Of a stretch of DNA of 64,000 bases, positions 25,840-37,642 are shown piece after piece (position 1 is the first letter of the stretch; each line of letters starts with the position of its first letter). The notes beneath the pieces were generated by a model that was not told where the DNA came from, searched no databases, and saw only the letters and a list, made by a program, of their open reading frames with translations. The position numbers and the translations under genes are program-made. The DNA is from Selaginella moellendorffii (Eukaryota; Plantae; Lycopodiophyta): contig NW_003314302.1 in the NCBI RefSeq assembly GCF_000143415.4, positions 389,182 to 453,181 of the forward strand. Direction: 5' to 3'.

Positions 25840-27758
25840 AGAAGTTTCAGCATGCCTGGAAATAAATTGCGGAACATACAACTCATAAGATGCATTTTGA
25901 ACATTTTAAAACACCTTTCTTTAGATACATGTTTATAGTCACCTTTAACCCGGGACTTTTTATAAGGAAAAGGTGTGTATGATTGCTAAAGAAAAATATT
26001 ATGAATGGCCGCAGCCTGGTATAAACTTAACACATGCAACACAGTTCGGATTGCTGAAGTCCTATGCCTGCACCAACCTTGGGTACGTATCAAGCGACCT
26101 CCCCCTCCCCCGAGGGTGGCCGATCACCCCCCGGGGCGACTTCCTCGCCATCTTACCGATATCATGACCCACCAAAACTCGCCACAACGCCAACGGGTGA
26201 GATCCACAAGAGCTCTTGCCCCATGTGTTTATTGCCAAATCTCACCGATCATGATTCAAGAATGGTGTCCCTGCCTGGTTGCAGAAATTCATTACTGACT
26301 CGGGGGGCGGTCGAGGAATCGGGAGGCGAGGCCGTGTCTTGGGGTCCCGGGGACGAGGTTGAGCCGGTCTCGCACTCCGACTATTGGGACCGGTGAACTG
26401 TCAGTCAACGATGAGTACCGGCTGGTCTCATGCGTGTGTGGTGCACTTTTTGGCACTTTACGTGGCATGACGAGGTGACAGTCACATTTGAAATTGTGGC
26501 TGGAGCTATGGCGTCACGACTGAGGATGTATCGTGGCTGAGCTTGAGGACGTGCTGTTGATTTAGGGCTTGTGGGCTTGAAGCAGGGACGGTCGAGAGAC
26601 GCTTCACAAGGCTGTTGCTGAAGATGTTTGGGGCCAGACACGTCTGTGGACCCTGTCAAGCTTCTGTCTTGCAAGATCTTCGTAGCTTGTGAGGTCTCGA
26701 TCTTGTGGCTGCAACATCACAGAAAAACAGCTCGTAAGAGCTTACCTCGCATTGCCTAGCCCAATGGCCAGCCCTTTCAATTGCCAATACAAGTTTTTGA
26801 ACGCTATGCCTGGATGGTTTATAACATCCAATAATTTACACTGTTTATATGATCTGCCACTCCACTTAAAAGCTTGAGACCTCCTAACAGACCATGTTCT
26901 TACTTGATTTCACTCGTACTAGAACGGGGAAATGCCAACACAAACATCCAAGGATTTGCTATGAAGGACAAAGCCTTGAGATGTTAGAACTCCTAATGGT
27001 ATTTCATTTTGCATGAATTGTTGATGCAAAGCTCTCTCGGAAACTCAACCAGAGAGATGCTTTTCTCTTTGAGTACCTCAAAACGAAGAGAGGCAAGGAA
27101 AAGAAGACAATGAACGAAAGATGCAAGGGGATAGAATCAACTCAAAGATGTCCAAGGGAGAAAAACAAAAAAATAGAGAGAGAAAAAAAAGCAAACTATG
27201 TCATAATTGTACCTTGCCCTGTACTTGGTACCATTTTGATGATGACAAAGTACACAACAGCGGGTGCATCATGGCTGGGACAAATTTCTTTTTCTCTGTT
27301 TCTTCAAGTGTTCATCTTGGATCCTCCCACATTAAGGTCTAAAATGTAAGTTCAAACAACAATGCAGAATCATAAGATAACCATGGTCTTGAGATCACTT
27401 CAACCTTTCTCATGAACTTGGGAGTCATTTGTCTTGGATCAACAACTTGCCACCAAACTTCCTTGATTCCCTTTGTTGTTTGCTGGCTGTAAACTCTCAT
27501 ATAGACTTTGGAGCTCTTCACTTGAATTCCCCTGGATGATTGACATGACCAGAGCATAAAAACAATCAAAATCCAAAAGACCCACAGTCGATGACTAGAA
27601 ACTTGACTTGGTTGACCCCCCCGGATTGACCACTAATTTGTGTGTTAGAACTGGAGCATGAGAAACTTTCAATCCAGTTCCAAGTGGTACATTTGTCACT
27701 CTAGAGCTATGTAGAGTAAAATGTAGGTGGAAGTAAAGAAAAGGCATAAGCAAATTCA

Positions 27759-29190
27759 TTTGAGGTTTCGAGAAACTTCATGTATATCTACATAATTCTT
27801 AAGTGATTATGTTGTAATTACTTTATTATTGAAGTGAAAGAACTTAGTTAGTTATACTATTTCGTGGGCTTTGAAGTTTCAGATTATGATTTTGATAGTG
27901 TTCATCGCCTAAGAAATTTTATAACTGATGATGATGCCCTTTCTTAAGGTCCTTTTCCTTTTTTGCTCTATTTTCATGTTTTTGATGAGTTTGTTATTTT
28001 AGCATTTGTGGATTTTTTGGACAAAAATTCCATGCCATCAACATTTGCTATACTTAATGTTTAATGTTCACAAGGGGTGAAGCAATATTTACTTTTTAAG
28101 GCTCAAAAGGTTCTAGATTCGAGAAGGAATGTCCGAGCTTAAGATGGCGATCTTGTGCCAGGAGTTTAAGCCGTGCATCCAAAGGTTTTGAGATGGGTTT
28201 GAGAATTCTATATCACTTACTAATGACTTACCATTCTGGCATTTACATTCTCAATATTGTTTTAAGAATAATTTTCTTTACTTTGTAAGGATAGATGTTA
28301 ATAATCATTTACGACTGGTAGTGCCTTTGATCTTTATTCCACTCTTTCTCCATGCCTACCATGATTCTTTTATTCTAGACAAATATATAGGACATTGTTG
28401 TGTGATTGAGAAGTTGTATAGGTATTTTTATTAGCTAGAATGCAATGTGATGTTATTTGATATATATGTAACTGTATTTGGTGTCAAGTTCATAATACTC
28501 CCTCTCGTGTTATGAAAGGATAGTTGGAGTCAATTATAATTTCCTGTTCATTTGAGTTGGTGGTATTTGATATAATAGGGCCTTTTCCATTATTAATTGC
28601 TAATATTGAGTATGTCATTATTGTTTATGACTACTTGACTCGCTAGGTGGAAGTCAGTGCTCTTGCTAATGCATTTGCAATTACTGTAAAATACAAAATG
28701 GATGATTTAGTTTTAGTTTATTTTCCCAATCTTACAATACATGGTTTATCTAAGGGGTTTCTTACTCAACGAAAGAGACTGTATCAGGTGTTATGGCAAG
28801 TTATACCACAAATTTATGAGGTTCGGCATAATGTTTAACAAGTTGATCCTCAAGAAATTGTGCATGTGCAATAGTTAAAACACTTTGTATAAAGGGATTA
28901 AGAACAATTGACACCACCTATAGATCCATTGACACCTCCTTATAATGTTCCTCTAAATCCTAGTTTCTCCACTTAAGAACTTTAATTGTTTTTCATCATT
29001 TTGAGAAAAGGGGATGATATGAGGTCCAAATGTATGGCTACAATGCCATATATTAAAATTAATATAGTGGGATTTTGATAGCTATCAAATTGGTTTCAAT
29101 TTGAACCACTTGCTGTTTTATATAAATTAGGGTTTTTGGGCTAATTGATTTGCACATTTCTATACTCTATCTCCATACACTCACATTTTA
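27759..29190 (+). mobile_element. Second decayed Ty3/gypsy copy of the same family (5'-truncated, internally deleted)
   Basis: Colinear similarity to 22146-24010: RNase H end, integrase 'FELVVFDIIGPFP', purine tract gagaaaagggg, and LTR segment gtgggattttgat...tagggtttt. Confidence 0.8.
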
Positions 29191-30413
29191 TAAATTTATA
29201 TTTTAAAATATCAATTAGATATATATAATATTTATATAAATACTATTTAAAAAAAAGGATTTTCATGTTACAAAATTTTTATAAAAGAAATTATAATAAA
29301 ACTATGAGTGATTAGGATATAGGATAGGTATGTTAATTAAAGTTTAGACTTTTATTTATTTACAAGAGTGGATGGACCAGATTCAGTCTCAATGGATGGT
29401 CTATATACTATAATACCATAATTAATGTATATATACATACATATATATACAAACCTTACACCATCCTCCAATTCTAAAGATGAAAAGGTGATGATAATAA
29501 GTTAAATAGAACATTTGGAGCTTTTGCTAGGCGATTATAAACTATTGCAAAAATCTAAAACTCCCACAAAACCATCAACAAAGTTACTGATAATTACTAC
29601 TAAAACAAAATCTAAAGTTATAGCACAAGCATTAGTCAACTACGGAATCCCAATAAACCAGTTGCAACTTCGTATGCAATTGCCAAATGCTCAAACTAAC
29701 TATAAAGCCATAACTTTGAACTGAAGCAAGGGATTTGAGAGCCATTGTAGCCTATTGCTGCAAATAATATATTTTATCTCTAAATTTATTCCTCTAAGAC
29801 CATCATTAACTTAGACTCACGATCATAAGTAGAATTTACTTTTGCGTTTTCCCTTTAGTTAATATCCAAGATCTGTATTAACTTAAACTCACAACTGTTG
29901 TTCTCATCCAATACCACATATGGGAGGTCGAACTCACTTCATTTGTCCTCCACATCCTTTTTATCCCCTTCTCGAAAGAAAAAAAAACTAAAACATTGGC
30001 TCCATTCCGATTTATTGCATTTGTCTTCACTCTTCTATATTTAACTTCACTTCAGTATTGCATTCATTCAACTTCACTATGTAAAGGATGGATATTTTGT
30101 TCATATTTGTTATATTTGTCCTTACTTCACAATTTATATTGTTTATCCTCTCTCCACTATTATATCCGCTCGTCCTCACTCCATTGTCAGAGTCAGACTC
30201 TCATCCATCCCCTCTACCCCTTCCTCTAAAGATAAAAAAGTTTGAAGTGTCAGGACAAAAAGAAAAAAGCAAGAAAAAGGGAGGATAAAACATTATGGAA
30301 AAAGAAAAAGTGGATAAAGAAGCATCAAAAGAAATTTTCAATAATTTTCAAAGTAGAAATGGGAGAAAAGAAAGGAATATGTTTAAATCCTAATGAACAA
30401 AGAATCTATTGTG

Positions 30414-30638
30414 TGTAAATAACCAAAAAGAAAGACTCAAAAAAACTTTTAGAAAAGCATGATGGATTGTAAGAAACCAAAAAGAAAAACTTAAAATACG
30501 ATTTATAAGGGTTCAAATATAAAAAGAATTGGCTCATGAATAAAAGTGCACCCCATTTTTTAATCGGTCAAACAATCTTGAGTTTGAATAGTATTGGGTT
30601 ATATAACATTTCAAGAAGTCTAAATTTAGGAGCTTACG
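30414..30638 (+). mobile_element. Old, internally deleted Cassandra TRIM
   Basis: LTR start tgtaaataaccaaaaag, then a degenerate PPT agaaaagcatgatggat, then a 3' LTR (30468-30638) matching the 11526-11719 LTR with many G>A changes. 5-bp TSD TTGTG on both sides. Confidence 0.75.
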
Positions 30639-31947
30639 TTGTGATAAAATACTTCAGTTAGCACAAAATAAGTAAGAGATTCACATTGTTCAATTTCCTC
30701 AACACACAATTCAACCTAAGAAATTCAAATTCATGAGCTTACATTGTGATAAAATACTTTGGGTAGCACGAGATAAATAAGAGATTCACACTACTCAACC
30801 TCCTTAACATATAATTCAACACTTGAGACAAGAAAATCAATAAAAAAGTCCACACTCTCAAAAGAATATATAAACCCTTTAGTAGCAATAATAAAACAAA
30901 GACTCTCAATGACACTCACAATTAAAAGCATGCACTTAATTTGAAACTCTAGCTAGAGTGACTCAACACTTGGAATAGAGGAATCCTTAATACTAGAATT
31001 GATCAAAGACTTTACCAAAAGAAATAAAAATAAGATTTTCAGCTTCATATACATACTTAACATTCAAATTAGTATTAGTAGGATAGAAAACACTTAACTC
31101 AACACTAGATTAAAAATAAGAATCATGAGAGTAAAAAATGATTAATGTGTCAAGAAAAGAAAATATTGCAAATGAGGAAGGAACATTAAAATCACAAGAT
31201 AAACCAAAAAATAAGAAAAAGTTGGGAAAGAGAAAAAAGTAAAGAAAAAAGATTAGATGGCAGCTTAAAGGATTGACACCTACTCTGTGAAATCTTTAAT
31301 TCATCTCTATAACTATTTTTATAATAATCAATTTTTTTATCACAATCTAGAATCCATTTGAGCTTGTAAACATCATCTTCCACTTAATCCTCAAACATTC
31401 TCAAAGAATTAAATTGCATTATCTATAGTTTGCCAATCAATATCATGATTATGCTTCATATCAACAAGAAATGGTAGAAGAACATTGAGAATAAGACATC
31501 ACATCCCACAAAAGTTAGAAATAACAACACACAAAAGAGGGGTGTATCATCAATATAATCATACCCTATAACACCAAAAACTTAATTCAATGAAATAGCA
31601 TCAATAGCCTCAAATGACATACTTTTTAATTGATGAGAGTGTGTATGGTAGAAAAAAAGAATGTAATGAAGATTAAAAGAAAGAACAAATCTAAATATAG
31701 TGATAGCTAAAATTCTAAATCTTGCAAAAAGTTAATACAAATTTAAATCTAAAAGAGAATGAAAAAATAAAAACAAAAAGCATGATTTTGAACACTAAAG
31801 TAAAACACTACTAAAAAGCCTTACTTTTTATGAACAAATTGCAATGCCCCTCACTTCCATTAATATGAGCTACTTATATACAACAATGGATAGACTTGAT
31901 TCACTCCATATATTATAGTATTATAATTAGTGTATTACCTACCTAAG

Positions 31948-31948
31948 G

Positions 31949-31997
<49 letters not shown>

Positions 31998-31998
31998 G

Positions 31999-32049
<51 letters not shown>

Positions 32050-32064
32050 ATATGTATATATATG

Positions 32065-32145
<81 letters not shown>

Positions 32146-32191
32146 ATATATATACACATATATATGTATGTATATGTATATATATATGTAT
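31948..32191. repeat. (TA)n microsatellite with TG interruptions
   Basis: About 240 bp of TA/TATG repeats. Confidence 0.97.
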
Positions 32192-32425
32192 TTACAAACT
32201 TTACAAAGTGAAATTATTTTTTCTTGATGGTGATATTTTTTTAAAATGTAAACAAGTTTATGTTTAGTTTTTAGCAAATTAGAAAAGAAAATATTCAATT
32301 TAAACTCTTTAAAATATTATTAAGTTTACTACTTTTATCAACAGCAAATTATCTTTACAAAAATGTTATATTTATACCCTCAATGCCAAGCTCCAAAGAG
32401 CTGCACTTATCCATATTTTTGTTGC

Positions 32426-32660
32426 CATCAGAATTTCGTTGATCCAAGGATCGCAAAAGAGGCCGCATCGAGCTTCCAAGTGACTCCCAAGATCTTCCAG
32501 CACCTCAAATGCACTGCATTTTCCCTCCAAAAAACTCCCGCTGCTGCTCGTCCCAGCCCCGAAGAACTTGCGCCAGATCCACTCTTCACTGCTCCAGCAC
32601 TGGAGAAACTCCATGCCAGCCCCCACCTCAACGTCACAAACTCGGTTGTCTTCACCATCT
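32426..32660 (-). pseudogene. Fragment of the METTL16/FIO1 gene
   Basis: Matches ~16838-17150 (MVKTTEFV..RWGLAWSFSSAGAVKSGSG) with several short deletions. Confidence 0.9.
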
Positions 32661-33344
32661 CACTGTGATGGAAATCTGCTAAGCTCTGCAGCTTTGATCT
32701 TGGAGCTTTGATCTAAACTTTATAGAAGCACATCGAGATGCACGAACCAGTCTCATCGCTTATGGACTAGAAAACTAAAATTTCTTTGTTTGGTCTGACG
32801 TTCCTCAAGGATCAACAAAAACTCCTACCAAGATTCGACTTAACAGAGATTTGATCTCGAAAGAACTACCATCGATCGATCGAACTGGATCTGGAATTCA
32901 AAGACCCAATTTGGTCCTTCGCCAGTGCCTCCTCTTCGCATTGTAGCTGCAAATTCGGAAGGAGAAACGAAAGAAAGTGAGAAATTTTCTCTTGGAGATG
33001 AGAAATCTAAAGCGCTTTACCGGATGGTGTTGTTCGTCCGCATTCTTATCCAGTGAGGAATTGGGCGATTCTGGCGGAGCTTCTTCCCCAGCTTCTGCTT
33101 GATCCGGAACGTCTTGTGCGACGGCTGCGGGAGAATCGATCAACGCCACGCTGAGAAAGCGAAACAGAGAATACATACCATGGCGGCAGCACTGGCGGCG
33201 GCGACACTCCAAAACCCTAGCCAAGAACCCTAAAATCCCGTTAACTTTTTCTATTAGATGACGATACGAAGGTAAAGTTTTACTCCGAGTGGAAGAAAAG
33301 TTCCAAGAGTGGAAACCCCGATTTGGGGAAGAGTCCATTCCTCC

Positions 33345-34214
33345 ATGGATCACGCTCGAGTTCTAGACGAAGATCACAAAGATGGTCACCGCATTTCCAA
33401 CAACAACAACGCTATGGCAACAGCAGCAGTGAGCATCACGCCGGTTGTGGTTGCTCTAGTCACTCTCCTCGTCATTCTCTTCTTGCTGGTAAGCTACTAC
33501 AGACTCCTCGCCTCTTGCTACAAATCCTGGATCACTGGCGACTCTCCCCAAATCCCAGAAACGTCGAATTCTCCTCCGCAAGACCATCAACAAGATCGCG
33601 ATCCCGAAGAGCAGCAGCAGCAGCAGCCGACCCTCTTGATCCAGACCCCCGCTCTCTCGAAATCGCTCATCCAGAGACTCCCGGTCTACAAGAGCTCCAA
33701 GAGCAAGAGAGTATCGTCCGACTGCGCGGTTTGCTTGGGCGATTTCCAAGAGGGCGAGGACGTCAAGATACTTCCAAAGTGTGGCCATGGCTTCCACGTC
33801 GAGTGCATCGATACTTGGCTCTCGATCCACTCCAACGTTTGCCCCCTGTGTCGAGCCCAGGTTGAGGATCCGGCCGCGATCGTTGTCTCGATCGATCCAG
33901 CAGCCGCCCAAGTGGTCGAAGATGGATCCTCTCCACCTCTAGAAGATCATGCCACTATAGGATCTGATCGCGCAGGAGGAGTAGTAACATCGGGGATAAG
34001 GAAGAAGAGCTCCAGTCTCGAGGAAGGGAGCCCCTTGTTTCGATCGATCTTTGCGAGGTTCTCGAGAGCTGGTGCTCCCCCGGATGATCAAAATCCCTCG
34101 CTGCCATCGTCGTCGTCGTCGCCAGAGGATTGCAGGATGAGACGTTCGTGGTCGAGTAGCCGTGTTTTTTCGTTTCGAAGGAACAGGCAGCAGCAAAGCG
34201 ATTCTCTTCCGTAA
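33345..34214 (+). CDS. ATL-family RING-H2 E3 ubiquitin ligase (TM plus RING-H2), intronless
   Basis: Hydrophobic N-terminal helix, GLD-like ALSKSLIQRLP, and RING-H2 CAVC...CGHGFHVECIDTWL...CPLC. First ATG at 33345. Confidence 0.92.
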   Translation: MDHARVLDEDHKDGHRISNNNNAMATAAVSITPVVVALVTLLVILFLLVSYYRLLASCYKSWITGDSPQIPETSNSPPQDHQQDRDPEEQQQQQPTLLIQTPALSKSLIQRLPVYKSSKSKRVSSDCAVCLGDFQEGEDVKILPKCGHGFHVECIDTWLSIHSNVCPLCRAQVEDPAAIVVSIDPAAAQVVEDGSSPPLEDHATIGSDRAGGVVTSGIRKKSSSLEEGSPLFRSIFARFSRAGAPPDDQNPSLPSSSSSPEDCRMRRSWSSSRVFSFRRNRQQQSDSLP

Positions 34215-34766
34215 TCGGACTGAACTCCGTGCTGAAAAGTCGGAGTCAAGCTTAAAAGCATTGTTTCTTGTCTATCCTCTTTTTTCTTTTCAGTGTTGTG
34301 CTGTAGGTTTTTCTTTTCTATATTTTTTTGACTAAAGAGATAAAGGAGTGAAGTCGTGTGTTTGACCTACAATATCAGTGGGAGGAAGCATTTGCCTCAA
34401 TCAATTAACTTCTCCAAGTATATTGATGTAGGAAAGAGTCAAATGATAAAAAAAAACTAAGTGAATTCATAGAACCATTATAGAAAGAAAAATAAAAAAA
34501 GTTATTGATAAACTATTAAGTTTAAAAAAGGTGAGCTATAGAAACCAGCATTATATCAGCTAGAAAATAGAAAATAAAAGGTTTTAATATTTTAAAAAGG
34601 AAAACAATTATGACTTTAAACTTTTATAAAGTAGCTGGGGAAAAATATTGTAAAGATATTTATTTGTTCTTTTACAGATTTTTTTAATATATAACAAGGA
34701 AAGCATAATCTGGTAGAAACAATAAAAAAAGAGTAAATAAACTAATTGAAGTCTCTTGTATAAAAA

Positions 34767-35675
34767 ATGTCATACAAAAGAAAACACTTTATATGGTATT
34801 TTTTCATTCTTAAAATTGTTTCTGCAAAAAGGAAAGTGAGTCTAGAATTTGGAAATAATAACACTTTAACTCGTAATGAAACTGGAATGATAATTGATGA
34901 GGGAATTCAAATAATACATAATAGAATCTCTACTTCAATAATTCCATATTATCCAAGAAATTATGAAGATATACAAGTTATTAATATTGGTGAAAGAGGT
35001 AATATTCTAGTAACTTTTCAACGCATGGATGGTGAAATTCCATATTGTTCATCCGGACAATCTTCAATTAGTAAAAATGTTACTGGTACTTCTATGAGGC
35101 ATGCAATAAGTAATTTAATGAATAAATATAGAGATGATATAATTAGTGCTTCTTCTGATAGATGCCGAATTACATCTAGAGTATATCAACTTGAATATAT
35201 TTTAATTCAAAAACGATATTATTTGTTTTCTTTTGATAAAATAAATACATATAATAACTCTTATTCTCCTTACAAAATTTGTGATACTACTTTAACTACT
35301 TTAAATGCTGGATTTAAAAATAATTATCTTTACAAAGGCCAGTTTATAACATCCCCAAATCGTAAAAATTTATTAATATTAGAATCTAATTGTCAGCTTG
35401 CTCTTTACTCTGGAAAGTATTTATTATGGAAGTCAAGTAATAAAATAGATTATATTGGTGAATGTTCAATTATTCTTCAAAATGATGGAAATTTAGTTTT
35501 ATATACTGAGAAAAAAATTGCAATTTGGTCTAGTAATAAATATTGTTTAAATTGTCTTATTTTTACATTTTTAACTATACAAAATGATTGTAATATAGTT
35601 ACATATGAGGCAAAAGCACCAAATAAAGTATGGTGGACAACAAATACAAATAACCATTTTCTCTGTTTGAGATAA
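34767..35675 (+). CDS. Secreted bulb-type (GNA-like) mannose-binding lectin with an unrecognised N-terminal domain, 302 aa
   Basis: Signal-peptide-like N-terminus and two intact QxDxNxVxY motifs (QNDGNLVLY, QNDCNIVTY). Uninterrupted ORF despite roughly 25% GC. Confidence 0.82.
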   Translation: MSYKRKHFIWYFFILKIVSAKRKVSLEFGNNNTLTRNETGMIIDEGIQIIHNRISTSIIPYYPRNYEDIQVINIGERGNILVTFQRMDGEIPYCSSGQSSISKNVTGTSMRHAISNLMNKYRDDIISASSDRCRITSRVYQLEYILIQKRYYLFSFDKINTYNNSYSPYKICDTTLTTLNAGFKNNYLYKGQFITSPNRKNLLILESNCQLALYSGKYLLWKSSNKIDYIGECSIILQNDGNLVLYTEKKIAIWSSNKYCLNCLIFTFLTIQNDCNIVTYEAKAPNKVWWTTNTNNHFLCLR

Positions 35676-36556
35676 TTATAATTTATAATGGTAATTATAA
35701 AACATTAAAACCAACATTTTTGCTTAAACTATAGAGCACAAATCAGAAAGAAATTGAAATACATTGATCCACATGTCTATCACTAAAAAAGAAAATACTC
35801 CAGCTCTTGCTAACCAAACAAATAGCAAAGTTCATCTTAAAAATAAGATTAGTATTAAACCATATCTTAGCACACCAAACTTATAAAAGAGAGTGTTGAT
35901 GCTTTTGGTGTTACTGTAGCTTTAGCATTTACTTTGCAGGCCCTCAATGATAACTTGGGTTTGTGTTGCCCAAGGCTAGGTAACAATAAAAGGGGGTATC
36001 AGGGGGAGTATATGGATTTGGTCTTGGTTGTGTTGTGGTGATGATATAATGTCATGGCTGTAGGACATAGCATTACTAACATTATGTCAAGCATGGCACC
36101 TTGGCTATAGTGCAATTCTGCCAAAAACATACAATAGTACCCTTTTATAAATAGAAAAATGGATTTTAGATTATACATTGTGAGTGCTTACTTGGCCCTC
36201 ACAACATCATTGAGAGAGCTTAAACAAAATAATAATAATTTTTTGTCATGTTCTATACTAATTTTAGATGCCCATCAGGCACCAAAAGAGCTAAAACAGG
36301 TCATACATTTTCATTAATACCTTAATAATGCTTATATTAATTGAAAAAATAAATATATCAATTACTATACCACATAGATAAACAAAAGTTTTGACCACAT
36401 ATTATTTTAGTATTATTAGAAAAATATATCAAAGTTATATCAAAATACTCAACTTTAAAACCATACCGTTGGACTCCTTCGCCGTGGCGAGATCTGGACC
36501 GTTAATGTCATTGTAGTGCCTCTGGCAGTTTTAGGGCTCGTTCCATCGCGAAGAAA

Positions 36557-37569
36557 ATGCGGTGCTTGGGGCACCTTCATATATCCGTGGTGGAGGGAAG
36601 GAATCTCTCTGTCAAGATCGATGCGCGGCCCTCTGTTTTGCTACAGATCGGCAAAGAACAGGTAAAATGCTGGTTATTTTTATCCATCTCTAGAGTTTTG
36701 GATGATGGATTTCTTTCTCTAGGCTAGAACGGCGCCGCTCAAGAACTTAAGTTCCAAATGGCTGGCAGAGTTTAGACTGGATGTGGCGTCGGAGGACTCT
36801 TGCCTCACGGTAACAAGTTCTCTTCTTCTCCTTTTATTCGTGTTTCTATCTCCTTGATCTTCATAGGTGACACTTCTGGATGATCACTCCAGCCATCCAG
36901 TGGGAAAATCTCTCGTTCCCATCCGTGATCTAATCTCGATCGGGACCGCGGTTCAGTGGGTCACACTGAAAGATCCTTCCGGAAGAGATGTTGGACAAAT
37001 ATGTCTAGTTCTTCGGTTTCTCAAAGGTTTGCTCCATGGCAAAGCCAAAAACGATTTTTCTAGATTTTTCTTCTCCTCTTTTTCAGAGATCAGTAACGTC
37101 AAGCGAGAGAACGGTGCCTCCATTCCCAGCGCTCACCACCATCTCCTAAATGGCGATGCAAACTCGGAGCTTTCGTCCTCCACCTCGTCTTTGTCGCGCG
37201 AAGATGACGATCAAGACGGGATCGTGCCACAGGACGACGATCATCGCTCCAAAAAGAAAGATCAAGCCAAGAACACGGGACGAAGCAAATACTTCGTCGT
37301 CGCTGCTACCGCCGCCGCGACGATCCTCCTCTCAGTTTTCGCCTGGACGAGCCACCAGAAACAAAAGTCCAAGTATCACGAGGTTCGTATCCTATACATC
37401 GTTTTCTTCGTGAGCTTGAGCTCTTCCTCTCCAGGTGAAAGAAGGTGATACGATGAGTTCTATCGCGAACAAGTATGGATTGTCCCCGGACGATGTTTTC
37501 GAAGCCAACATGAGCGTTACCAGCGATCCCGATAGGATCTATCCCGGGGACAAGATCTACATTCCATGA
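36557..37569 (+). CDS. C2 domain - transmembrane - LysM protein, 260 aa; exons 36557-36661, 36723-36809, 36867-37026, 37087-37382, 37435-37569
   Basis: All introns are GT-AG and 52-61 nt; the joined CDS is 783 nt in frame. C2-like LHISVVEGRNL...W..EF...VTLLD...VGKSLVPIRDL...WVTL...GQICLVL. TM YFVVAATAAATILLSVFAW. LysM YHEVKEGDTMSSIANKYGL...EAN....DPDRIYPGDKIYIP. Confidence 0.85.
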
Positions 37570-37642
37570 AGATCATTCTCGCAAGGTTTCCTGGAGAGAT
37601 GGTAGTTTATCTAAGATCACAATGAGAACTTTCTTATAGCTC

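Larger units (their letters stand above)
24408..27758. repeat. ~3.3-kb segmental duplicate (inverted copy of ~55654-59319)
   Basis: The A/B gene pair, the intergenic promoter and the long downstream flank all match the reverse complement of 55654-59319. For example, ORFs 26405-26674(-) and 56891-57220(+), and 27110-27349(+) and 56186-56521(-), share peptides. Confidence 0.9.

Noticed and set aside
31930-32298. YI/IY-repeat ORFs on both strands
   Set aside because: They are translations of the (TA)n microsatellite.
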